Below are positions 8,878 to 17,364 of a stretch of DNA of 32,000 nt, piece by piece. Made by a program: the position numbers and the translations under genes. The notes under the pieces were generated by a model that was given only the letters and a program-made list of their open reading frames with translations, had not been told where the DNA came from and did not search any database. The DNA is from an uncultured archaeon. GTDB lineage: Archaea; Asgardarchaeota; Thorarchaeia; Thorarchaeales; Thorarchaeaceae. Position 1 is the stretch's first letter, and each line of letters opens with the position of its first letter. Location of the stretch: assembly GCA_964648855.1 (NCBI GenBank), contig CAZYLT010000008.1:30001-62000 (forward strand), written 5' to 3'.

Positions 8878-9447
8878 CTATTGGTGGATTCCAGCACGGG
8901 AGATTTTCATATCGGATGTTCCTCTCTTGAAATTGGCCCACCTAGCCAACGTAAAGATGAAATCTGATAATCGGTTAATATACCGGACGATCTCCGGATT
9001 TAGGTCAACTTCTTCAGTTAATGCAATAATTCTCCGTTCAGCCCTTCTGCAGATAGTTCTTGCTTGGTGAAGATAGGCATCTGCTTTGCTCTCTCCCGGA
9101 ACAACAAAATTGGACAGCGGTGGCATCTCCTGCCATAGAATGTCAGCTCTTTCCTCCAGGTATTCTACTTCTTCAGAAGACACCGGATGGACTCCTTTCT
9201 CCGCAAGTGAACCATTCTCATTTCCGGAAGCTAGTTCGGCAGCGATCCGAAAAAGCATCTGTTGAATTCTCTCTAGTTCCTGTCTAATCATTTCACTATT
9301 GTGCGTCTTTGCTACACCTAGGGACGAAATGAGTTCGTCTACAGTTCCATATGCCTCAACTCTAGCAGAATGCTTTTTCACTCTTTCACCAGTGAATAGT
9401 CCAGTTGTTCCGTCATCTCCCTTTCCAGTCCATATTCTCTCTGCCAT
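8878..9447 (-). CDS. pduO: ATP:cob(I)alamin adenosyltransferase, PduO type
   Basis: IWTGKGDDGTTGL, EAYGTVDEL, FVVPG, ARTICRRAER, YINRLSDFIF. Start set at MAERIW (9447). Confidence 0.93.
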   Translation of the reverse strand: MAERIWTGKGDDGTTGLFTGERVKKHSARVEAYGTVDELISSLGVAKTHNSEMIRQELERIQQMLFRIAAELASGNENGSLAEKGVHPVSSEEVEYLEERADILWQEMPPLSNFVVPGESKADAYLHQARTICRRAERRIIALTEEVDLNPEIVRYINRLSDFIFTLARWANFKRGTSDMKISRAGIHQ

Positions 9448-9509
9448 CTCAAATGCTCCAAACATCGTTCTTTGTCATCTATTCGCAAAAAGGGGAAACG
9501 ATAGAGAAA

Positions 9510-10073
9510 TCATTGAAACGCCTGAACGAATTCATCTGAATCGACTACAGTGGTTCCATGGACTTTCTGCATATGCCTCAGCGCAAATTCATGAGCTTCA
9601 TCGTTATCACTTGAGACTCCGTCTTCAATGACATATACTTCATAGTCCCTCATTGAGGCTCCAGCGGAAGTGTAATTGACGCAAATATCAGTCAGAACTC
9701 CCATTATGACCACAGTTTCAATGTCATGCTCCCGAAGAGTCAAATCCAAATCTGTTCCAAAGAAGCCTGAGTATCTCCTCTTTGGGATGACTCGTTCATT
9801 TTCTTTGGGGGACAACTCATCGATAACCTCAGCTCCCCTTGTTCGATATACTGCGTGCTTAGGCCACATCTTGAATTCTGGGTCGTCCGGCATATGATGG
9901 TCCGCGATATACACAACCATTGCACCCGCGTTTCTTGCAGCCTGCAAGACTTTCTTCTGTTGAGGAATCAGGTCTTTTGCCCCGGGAACAGGAAGGGGGG
10001 CATCTTCCTCCACGAAGTCGTTCAGCATGTCAGTGACTATGACAGCTGTCTTATCTGGGTCCAATTTCTTCAC
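9510..10073 (-). CDS. pncA: Nicotinamidase / isochorismatase-family cysteine hydrolase
   Basis: TDMLNDF, DHH...WPKHA, KRRYSGF, GVLTDICV. Overlaps the pncB stop by 1 nt (TAGTG). Gene symbol assigned from context. Confidence 0.8.
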   Translation of the reverse strand: MKKLDPDKTAVIVTDMLNDFVEEDAPLPVPGAKDLIPQQKKVLQAARNAGAMVVYIADHHMPDDPEFKMWPKHAVYRTRGAEVIDELSPKENERVIPKRRYSGFFGTDLDLTLREHDIETVVIMGVLTDICVNYTSAGASMRDYEVYVIEDGVSSDNDEAHEFALRHMQKVHGTTVVDSDEFVQAFQ

Positions 10074-11281
10074 TATTGTGCACCTAACATGCTTAATTGG
10101 TCAATCACGTAATTTCTAGTTTTTGATGGCGGCACTGGATCCTGGAGGATCTCTCCTTCTTCGCTATCCAATAGCTTGATTGTCGCCTTTTCCATATTGG
10201 AGCCACAAGAATGACACTTTGGAGATGAAGCCTCCCATGGCGTAACATCCGTTGCCACGCAGTTCTTGCATTTCCAGACCGTTTTTCTGCCTGAAAACTT
10301 TCCTCGCTTAGCACAGGGTTTCCAAGAATCCTTCTCCATTATCGAAACAATATCCATTGCAAAGTCTACGGCTGGAGAGTTGCTTATGGCACCACCAATC
10401 CCATAACCGGAAATAGGTGCATCCTTGAGATTCTGCAATTCCTCAATGTCAATTCCGCCGCTTACAAAAATGTCTACATCTTCGTATCCCCTAATGTCAA
10501 GTTCCCATCTTACTTCCTGAATCAGTTCCTTGAAATCGCCCCGACGACTACTTGGCGTATCAAGTCGAACACCAGTTATACCTGGCATCTCTGAGGAAGC
10601 CATAATCGACTCGAATACCTCATCAAGATATGTATCGGTCAGAGCTATTCGAGCTACATTATCATCTAGATACTTCGAAAACGCTTTCCACGCCCTCAGG
10701 TGGTCTTGGAATGCGATTATGAGTGAATGGGGCATCGTACCTTGAGCTTCTATGCCAATCAGATCAGCTCCAAGGACGCATGATACTCCGTCGCATCCTC
10801 CGATATATGCCGCATACTCAACAGTAGGGGTGACAGCTGGATGTGTTCTTCGGGCGCCGAAGGATAAAATAGTCTTATCACCTGCTGCCCTTCTAAGATG
10901 CGCTGTTTTGCTCGCCATTCCGGATGTGTAGCAAAGGAAACCAAGCAGAGGTGTTTCTAGTCGCGCGAAGTCAGCGTAGTTTCCAACAATCTGCAAGACT
11001 GGAGTTCTTATGCCGGATGGACTTCGCGGATGGAATAATGTTCCTTCCTTCAATCCGTATATATCGACTTTAGTTCCCTTGAATAACTGTAGAACATCAT
11101 CATAACCTGCTGCTATCCCCCAAGGTAGCTTCTGAGGCATTTCAGACACGGTAATCTCCGCGTAAACTCTAGGGTTGACATCAGTTGTTCTCAAGACCTC
11201 AACGGTTCGGTCAAAGTATACATCAGTGGTTTTCCCTCTGAGAATCTCTTCTTCTGTGGCTATTCTCCAGCGTCTTCTCAT
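10073..11281 (-). CDS. pncB: Nicotinate phosphoribosyltransferase, archaeal type with C-terminal Zn ribbon
   Basis: TTDVYF, ETPLLG, SFGARR, GTMPHS, VRLDTPSSRRG, FVSGG, KRGK. CKNC...CHSC Zn site. Alternative TTG start at 11296. Confidence 0.93.
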   Translation of the reverse strand: MRRRWRIATEEEILRGKTTDVYFDRTVEVLRTTDVNPRVYAEITVSEMPQKLPWGIAAGYDDVLQLFKGTKVDIYGLKEGTLFHPRSPSGIRTPVLQIVGNYADFARLETPLLGFLCYTSGMASKTAHLRRAAGDKTILSFGARRTHPAVTPTVEYAAYIGGCDGVSCVLGADLIGIEAQGTMPHSLIIAFQDHLRAWKAFSKYLDDNVARIALTDTYLDEVFESIMASSEMPGITGVRLDTPSSRRGDFKELIQEVRWELDIRGYEDVDIFVSGGIDIEELQNLKDAPISGYGIGGAISNSPAVDFAMDIVSIMEKDSWKPCAKRGKFSGRKTVWKCKNCVATDVTPWEASSPKCHSCGSNMEKATIKLLDSEEGEILQDPVPPSKTRNYVIDQLSMLGAQ

Positions 11282-11373
11282 CTCATATTCCTTCAATTAT
11301 TACATGCACCCCCCATAGAAAAGTATTCGCTATTATGAACTTTCTAATCGATATTTGTTATGTTCACAAAGAA

Positions 11374-11388
11374 TGCCCATCATGGGCA
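11374..11388. promoter_or_regulatory. Perfect 7-1-7 inverted repeat upstream of pncB, candidate operator
   Basis: tgcccat-c-atgggca, about 80-100 nt upstream of pncB. Confidence 0.35.
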
Positions 11389-11458
11389 GGACTGGATATG
11401 GACATACGGAATCAGTGTCTTATTCTGAAACAGCTCAACAGGCATTGATTGAAGAAGC

Positions 11459-12823
11459 TCATCGTCGTTTCTGCATCTTTTCAAAAGGTAGTATTGCTAT
11501 CAATTCCACGCTATGATCTGAAATCTTACTTCGAACTGGCAATACTTCAATTGCTTTTGCAGATGAAGGAACAGATAGCAGCTGAGAGTAAGCGTGTTCA
11601 GAACGTGCTGTCCAATTTACCCAAGCTGTTACAGCATAATGGTCTGAGGCGGAGTCAGCGAGTGTACCATCAACAACTGACGAGTTGATGAAGGCACCAT
11701 CAAAGAACGTGTTTGCGATGATGTAGTCAATCCTCATGAAAGCCTCTCCTCCTTGTCCGCCAAAAGTGAATCCCGGGTCATCAGGATTCAACTCCCGATA
11801 GACATCAGTATAATTATGCACTTCTGATGAATACTGACCATATGTGGTATCGTTTTGATAGAGCAGCATTGTCATCGGACCATATCCCATAGTCATTGTT
11901 GTCTGAGGTGCTAAATCGCCCACATCATCCGGTGAAAATGAATTTTGATCGCCTAGATACAAAATGGGAACATCACCGAGATTGTCCATATAGTTGATAA
12001 TCCCTTCAGTTTCAACTTCTCTTCGTCCTTGATTCGTTTCTCCTCCCGAAGCTTTGAGGTGTGCCCCAAATACATGTACTTCTGTTCCATTGATGTCAAG
12101 TACTGCATCGATGAAATCATGAGTGACATAGTAATTGGATTCATCATCCAAAGGAACGGTGTCTATCTGTGTGAAACTCAGGACAGGGAATCGACTTAGG
12201 ATTGCTTCACCGGTTGTCGAATATTGGACAAGTTGTGTTGTGTAAGAATCATACGGGGCTTCATCTTCGAAGAATTCATTCAGCTCGGCAGTCGCAGCAT
12301 TCAGAGTTTCATTTGATGTGTCATCAAAATATCCGGTTTCTACTAGCACGATAACATCAGGATTTTCCTGTTTGATGATTTCTTTCCAGTCATCATTGAG
12401 ACCTGATTCTTTGATGTTGTAGACCATGATTTTGAACAAGGGCTCAAAGAATATGTCTTCCTTAACATTATCGATGATCACTTCGAAATGTGTGGTAACA
12501 GATTGACCAGCACTGTCTTGAGTGGAGATTCTAAGGGTATGGCGGCCATCGGAGTCCATTCCGGTGTCCCAGACATGGTCATTTGATGCTGCCCGGAATT
12601 GACCATCAATGTAGATATTGGCAGTTAGATCTTCTTCATCGATTATCGAGATATTGAAATTGACCGTGCCTGTCACAACCGAATCCTCGACCGGATTGTG
12701 TACTATTAGCTCCGGACGATTATCTGTTGGTGATTCAAGTAAAAAGGGAAGCACGAGAATCACACTCACCGAAACAACCAAAACTACGACTAGAATTACT
12801 ACCAAGCTTCTTCTAGATTTCAT
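11459..12823 (-). CDS. Membrane-anchored Ig-like + endonuclease/exonuclease/phosphatase (EEP) domain protein
   Basis: N-terminal TM (LVVILVVVLVVSVSVILVLP), Ig-like segment (WDT..DGRHTLRI..D.AG), and EEP motifs YNI, PDVIVLVE, AILSRFP, AHL, GDQN, RIDYI, SDH. Start at ATG 12823; track uses TTG 12832. Confidence 0.88.
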   Translation of the reverse strand: MKSRRSLVVILVVVLVVSVSVILVLPFLLESPTDNRPELIVHNPVEDSVVTGTVNFNISIIDEEDLTANIYIDGQFRAASNDHVWDTGMDSDGRHTLRISTQDSAGQSVTTHFEVIIDNVKEDIFFEPLFKIMVYNIKESGLNDDWKEIIKQENPDVIVLVETGYFDDTSNETLNAATAELNEFFEDEAPYDSYTTQLVQYSTTGEAILSRFPVLSFTQIDTVPLDDESNYYVTHDFIDAVLDINGTEVHVFGAHLKASGGETNQGRREVETEGIINYMDNLGDVPILYLGDQNSFSPDDVGDLAPQTTMTMGYGPMTMLLYQNDTTYGQYSSEVHNYTDVYRELNPDDPGFTFGGQGGEAFMRIDYIIANTFFDGAFINSSVVDGTLADSASDHYAVTAWVNWTARSEHAYSQLLSVPSSAKAIEVLPVRSKISDHSVELIAILPFEKMQKRR

Positions 12824-13000
12824 GGAATTCAACCTTTGCTACTACAAACCTACCTAGATATTTCATTTAATGGTATTTGATGAGATTCTCCAGCACCAGA
12901 TAAGCAATCCGAATCGCAATCCTCCGCTAGCTACGGGCAGGATGACCTCCTACCTAGAGTTCCTTTGAAAGCAACGAGAATAGAGTGGAGCACTTTGCTA

Positions 13001-13639
13001 CTAGATCTTGACAGCAAGAGTACATCCTTCTCCAATTGGTAGAATTGTACTAATCACTCCCTTCTCCAATAGAATTCGATTGAAGTCATCAATAGCCTTG
13101 TCTGAAACGGTCCATTCGTCTTTTGGAGTTATGATCGGAAACAATGTATCATCAATTAGGAATAATCCCCCTGTCTTCAGAACCCTAAGACATTCGTCGA
13201 GCATCTTTGGATAAATCCTCTTTGAGGAATCCTGGAACACAACATCAAATGACTCATCTTCAAAATCCTTGATTGTATCGGCTGCATTTCCGATAACAAT
13301 CTCAATAGAATCACTTACGCCCTCTCTCCCAAAGTTGATTCTGGCGGCCTCCGCCACTTTCTCATCTAATTCAAGAGATATTACTTTCCCGCCATTCTCT
13401 TTTGCAGCGAGAGCAAGATGTGTAGTGGAGAAACCAATGCTAGTACCTATCTCCAATACTTTCTTTGCCTTTGTCAATCTTAGAAGCAGTCTGAATAGTC
13501 TTGCCATCTCATCTTCTATGATTGGATCAAAGTCTTGGGTCGCTGAATTCTCTATGAATTCCTCCTCTCGTGGAACATCTTGGCCTTCATATATCTCTCG
13601 GATGTATTGTTGAGCCTCTTCGTAATCGAAGTATACCAT
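13001..13639 (-). CDS. O-methyltransferase (COMT/CCoAOMT/TrmR-like, Methyltransf_3)
   Basis: VLEIGTSIGFST, FDVVFQD, LKTGGLFLIDD, PIGEG. Confidence 0.9.
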   Translation of the reverse strand: MVYFDYEEAQQYIREIYEGQDVPREEEFIENSATQDFDPIIEDEMARLFRLLLRLTKAKKVLEIGTSIGFSTTHLALAAKENGGKVISLELDEKVAEAARINFGREGVSDSIEIVIGNAADTIKDFEDESFDVVFQDSSKRIYPKMLDECLRVLKTGGLFLIDDTLFPIITPKDEWTVSDKAIDDFNRILLEKGVISTILPIGEGCTLAVKI

Positions 13640-13757
13640 CTCTTCACCTTAGTTAACGATTGTATATTCTGTTTATCTTGTTTTTCATCTGGTCAGAATT
13701 TGATGATAGAGGTCAACATTGATTAAGTGGTGGAAAGAATCAAGAAATGAACACAAA

Positions 13758-14453
13758 ATGAGCAGAGTTCGCTTACAACATAGCAAGAGAAGTTTTTCTA
13801 TCTTTGTTATTATAACTCTCATTTTCGTTTCAATTCTCTTCATTCAAATTGCTGGCGCGGCATTTGTTAGGCTTGGAATTCCCCCCTGGCTTGCTTTGGT
13901 TATTGTACCAGGATCGCTTATTGGTAGCATGGTGAATATTCCTGCATTCAAAGTTGCGTCAGAGGAGAAACGGTGTGAACAGGAATATGTCACCTTCTTT
14001 GGGCTCTCATATCGTGTTGTGCCATCAGATTGTCCCGGGGAGACCCAGGTCAATGTGAATCTGGGAGGTGCAGTAATTCCAGTAATAGTCAGCGGTTACT
14101 TGTTAGTTTCCAATATAGACAATATCCTACCCGCCTTACTTGGGATTGCCATAGTATCCATCATTGTGAAGTCTATTGCCCGTGTTAAACCAGAGGTTGG
14201 AATTATCACTCCCGGATTGTTACCCCCGTTGATCTCCGCTATAGTTGCAGTCCTTCTAGTAGCATTATTTGGAGCAGCTCTAAATGCCTATGTACTAGCG
14301 TACGTTTCAGGAACCCTCGGAACACTCATAGGAGCTGATCTTCTAAATATACACAATCTAGGCGAGCTTCAAACCGACGAGGCCTCTATAGGTGGCGCGG
14401 GAACTTGGGATGGGATTTTCTTATCTGGCTTGCTTGCGGTATTCTTGGTCTAG
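13758..14453 (+). CDS. DUF1614 family membrane protein
   Basis: GSMVNIP, VNLGGAVIP, GTLGTLIGADLLN, SIGGAGTWDGIFLSG. Start set to MSRVRL (13758), 30 nt after an ATTAAG box. Confidence 0.85.
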   Translation: MSRVRLQHSKRSFSIFVIITLIFVSILFIQIAGAAFVRLGIPPWLALVIVPGSLIGSMVNIPAFKVASEEKRCEQEYVTFFGLSYRVVPSDCPGETQVNVNLGGAVIPVIVSGYLLVSNIDNILPALLGIAIVSIIVKSIARVKPEVGIITPGLLPPLISAIVAVLLVALFGAALNAYVLAYVSGTLGTLIGADLLNIHNLGELQTDEASIGGAGTWDGIFLSGLLAVFLV

Positions 14454-14485
14454 TATAATCATGGATATTGGGCGCTCTTGGTAGT

Positions 14486-14893
14486 CTACACTTCTCTTTT
14501 TTCTGTCTGAAGTGTAGCCCCGCAATACGGGCACCTGACGGTTAAGGGTCCAATCCAATCTACATCCTCTGATGCAAGCTTTCCACCACAGCTTGAGCAG
14601 AAGGGAGGTGGTTCGTGGACATAGCTCTTCTCGACCACTCGTTCGCCGCTTCCCATCCTTGCATTGAAGGCGCCCATGCCGCCAAAGATGTCTATGTTCA
14701 TCGACCGAATCATAATTGTGACTCCGATGATTGCACCCACAAAGGGAATGAACATAACAAAGAGAAGTATCTGAAAGATACCCATTTGGGAAATATCCTG
14801 AGTGAAAAAGAGCAAGAAGCCCCCGAAGAATGTTGCTACCGTAACCAATACCCCTACCATGACTCCTGTCATGTTTGGCTTCTCTTCAGGCAT
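14486..14893 (-). CDS. Two-TM membrane protein with C-terminal zinc ribbon
   Basis: Two hydrophobic helices, then CSSC...CPYC. Start MPEEKP (14893) lies 43 nt after a TTTAAT box. Confidence 0.8.
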   Translation of the reverse strand: MPEEKPNMTGVMVGVLVTVATFFGGFLLFFTQDISQMGIFQILLFVMFIPFVGAIIGVTIMIRSMNIDIFGGMGAFNARMGSGERVVEKSYVHEPPPFCSSCGGKLASEDVDWIGPLTVRCPYCGATLQTEKREV

Positions 14894-14981
14894 AATGACA
14901 ACTATCCTTAACTGAACTTGATGCACCAGACCACCTATTAAACACTCTAGTGATGAATCCAATTACTCGAACTAGGGGGAG

Positions 14982-15012
14982 CTGATGGGAAACGAACTTG
15001 CATTCCCATCAG
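14982..15012 (-). terminator. Stem-loop just downstream of the aminopeptidase gene
   Basis: Perfect 10-bp stem ctgatgggaa/ttcccatcag with an 11-nt loop, 13 nt beyond the stop codon. Confidence 0.55.
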
Positions 15013-15025
15013 ATTTCCAATTTCA

Positions 15026-16087
15026 TCATTCGAAGAAGAACTTACCCTTGGAATAGATTACCTCGTCGCCTGCGATAATCTCTCCTTCTATCATGGTCTT
15101 TATCATGTCGACGTGAACTGCGCTCTCATTAGTGCCATTGCAGTCCTTGTAGGCTCTTCCTAACGCACAATGTATCGTATCTCCGATTTTTTCATCGAAG
15201 AGCATATTCAGAGTATAGTCCTTGATTCCTCTATTTGTTCCAATGGCCATTTCCCCTAAGTATCTCGCACCCTCGTCAGTTTCAAGAATTGCCTTCAGGA
15301 CTTGCTCATTCTTTTCAGCGGAATATTCCACCACTTGGCCCTTTTCGAACTCTAGTTTCACACCTTCAACGACTTTTCCCATCTGCATAAAGGGAATATC
15401 AAAGAAAACAGACCCTTCAACTGTATCTTCTATAGGTGCTGTAAAAACTTCCCCACTGGGCATATTGTGCTTTCCGTCAGAGGCTATCCAAATTCTTCCC
15501 TTTGTCTTGGCATAAAGGTCGGTTGCTGGGCCGACGAACCTGATATCATTGTGAGATTCGAGATGCTCCTTTATTAGACACATATTCTTGCTCTCTTCTT
15601 CCCAGTCAATGAGTGTTGCACCATAGACAAAGTCTTGGTATTCGTTCAAACTCATACCTGCTTGCTGGGCTAGAGTCTTGCATGGATGGACTGTGCTGCA
15701 CCATCGTTTCTCCAAAATCGTATCTGATATTGGCTTTTTTGCCTTTTGTTTCATGACCAATCTCTTTGGAATCACATTTGCTAGCGCCTTGGTATTCATT
15801 GGGGCGGAGAGACCAATGAATACATCGGCCTTTTCCACCGCACCTAAATAATGTTCAGACATTTTCTGAAGCGTTTCATCGTCAGCACCATCGAATATGG
15901 CTCTATCGACTTCTTCACTCTGGAATAAGGTCATGATTTTTGCTCCCTTTTCTGAGGCCTTCTTGGCTACTGCAACAGCCAAATCATGAGACTCGGGCGT
16001 GGCTCGAATCACAACCATATCATCGCGTTTAATTTCAGTACTCCACTCAACGAGAATTCTCGCATGTTCTTCTACTCGGGGATCCAT
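15026..16087 (-). CDS. Aminopeptidase, peptidase M29 (aminopeptidase II/AmpS/AmpT)
   Basis: NMPSGEVFTAP, YLGEMAIG, LFDEKIGDTIHCALGRAY, NESAVHVD. Confidence 0.95.
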   Translation of the reverse strand: MDPRVEEHARILVEWSTEIKRDDMVVIRATPESHDLAVAVAKKASEKGAKIMTLFQSEEVDRAIFDGADDETLQKMSEHYLGAVEKADVFIGLSAPMNTKALANVIPKRLVMKQKAKKPISDTILEKRWCSTVHPCKTLAQQAGMSLNEYQDFVYGATLIDWEEESKNMCLIKEHLESHNDIRFVGPATDLYAKTKGRIWIASDGKHNMPSGEVFTAPIEDTVEGSVFFDIPFMQMGKVVEGVKLEFEKGQVVEYSAEKNEQVLKAILETDEGARYLGEMAIGTNRGIKDYTLNMLFDEKIGDTIHCALGRAYKDCNGTNESAVHVDMIKTMIEGEIIAGDEVIYSKGKFFFE

Positions 16088-16264
16088 ATGATCAACTCAC
16101 TTTTGGAAAACTGCATATTCAAGATTAAGATTACGGCATGCGCTATTCGGAACTAGAGATGACCCCCAATGTTGCAGATTAAATTACGTAGATTAGAAGA
16201 GAAAAAGGTTAGAGGGAAAAACCATGTCAATAATTCGATGGCACCCTCTCTAGATTTGGACTTA

Positions 16265-16465
16265 CTACGTTGAAGGTAGGTTTTCTGATCCCCATTTCTC
16301 CATGCATTCTTCAGAATGGAAATTCTTGACGTCACCATCTACCTCTAACTGATAGTACCTACCGGGTTTCATGATTTTTCCACAACCATCACATGTAGCG
16401 TCAAGCTTTCCATCGATTACTTTCACAAATCGTTTCAATTTCTCACTCAAACTTGGTCTCCCCAT
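16265..16465 (-). CDS. Small TRASH/YHS-like metal-binding protein
   Basis: CDGC...EVDGDVKNFHSEEC matches the TRASH CxxC...FCSxxC pattern with a C-to-H change. TTTTAT box about 33 nt upstream. Confidence 0.7.
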   Translation of the reverse strand: MGRPSLSEKLKRFVKVIDGKLDATCDGCGKIMKPGRYYQLEVDGDVKNFHSEECMEKWGSENLPST

Positions 16466-16487
16466 TGAAACAGCTTAACGATATTGA

Positions 16488-16853
16488 ATGACCACTGATA
16501 AAACCCACGAAACAATCCCCAGAGACGTGCGGTTCCACAGGGATTGGGAACATCATCCACAGAAATTCAAGTTAGCAAATTATCCGATTTCAGTTATCCC
16601 CTCTTCCAACTTTGTATTGATTGAGAATGAAGCTGTCGAAGAGGGCAACGAAGGCCTAGGAATTGCGGCTTCATTTGATGATGCAGAGGTGCTATTCGTA
16701 GCCGCAGGCGATTTGGCATTGACGGGTAGCATTGATTATAATCGTCAGCTTATGCTTGGTGATGAGGACATTTCGACTACTTGGTTTTTGATAGATCCCG
16801 AATCGGTTGAGGAACTGTCGTCTTTGCGGACCATTTCAGGTGAATTAGTCTGA
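16488..16853 (+). CDS. Hypothetical acidic protein (start uncertain, possibly TTG 16617)
   Basis: The ORF fills an otherwise empty gap and its C-terminal part has protein-like composition. The annotated start overlaps the likely promoter of the divergent gene. Confidence 0.4.
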   Translation: MTTDKTHETIPRDVRFHRDWEHHPQKFKLANYPISVIPSSNFVLIENEAVEEGNEGLGIAASFDDAEVLFVAAGDLALTGSIDYNRQLMLGDEDISTTWFLIDPESVEELSSLRTISGELV

Positions 16854-16995
16854 CCTATCCTCGTGAGTTGAGTTAACAATTCTATGTGCTTTGCCACTCA
16901 TAATGAGAGTTCAATTATTGATATATCTCAAAGGCAATGAAACAATCACATTCAAGAACCCCTTTCGCTTGATAATCATTCAGCTGAAATATCGG

Positions 16996-17364
16996 ATGGT
17001 CATGAGAATGGAGAAACCAGGTGACTTTATTGGACTTCTTTTCAGTATTCTTCTTGACAAGGAGCTAGAAAATCAGCCATTTAGGGAAGAAGTCAAGTCG
17101 TGGAATATGATTGTTGTATTGGAAACTGATTACTATCCGATAACACTGCGCTTTGATGACGGAGTCTCAATCCACTATGGGTTTGATAAATCTCCAGATA
17201 TTCACGTTAAGACAACAATGCATCAAATAATCGAGGTTGCGAAGGGAAACCAGGGTCTCTTAATGGCTATTGCTACGGGGAAGATTTCTGTCAATGGTAT
17301 TTGGGGTCATCCTCGAGCTGGCTATAGGTTCTATAAAACCATGAAGAACATCTTGGGGGACTAG
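16996..17364 (+). CDS. SCP2 (sterol carrier protein 2)-like lipid-binding domain protein
   Basis: ITLRFDDGVSIHYGFDKSPDIHVKTT...LLMAIATGKISVNG resembles the SCP2 pattern (PD..h ... A...GKh.h.G). Start at ATG 16996, 17002 or 17008. Confidence 0.75.
   Translation: MVMRMEKPGDFIGLLFSILLDKELENQPFREEVKSWNMIVVLETDYYPITLRFDDGVSIHYGFDKSPDIHVKTTMHQIIEVAKGNQGLLMAIATGKISVNGIWGHPRAGYRFYKTMKNILGD

Noticed and set aside
12918-12942. Imperfect hairpin atcct-ccg...cgg-gc-aggat downstream of the O-methyltransferase
   Set aside because: Short and bulged, and not distinguishable from chance.
16891-16995. N-terminal extension of the SCP2 ORF from TTG 16891
   Set aside because: It reads like AT-rich promoter sequence. 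The ATG cluster at 16996-17008 is more plausible.
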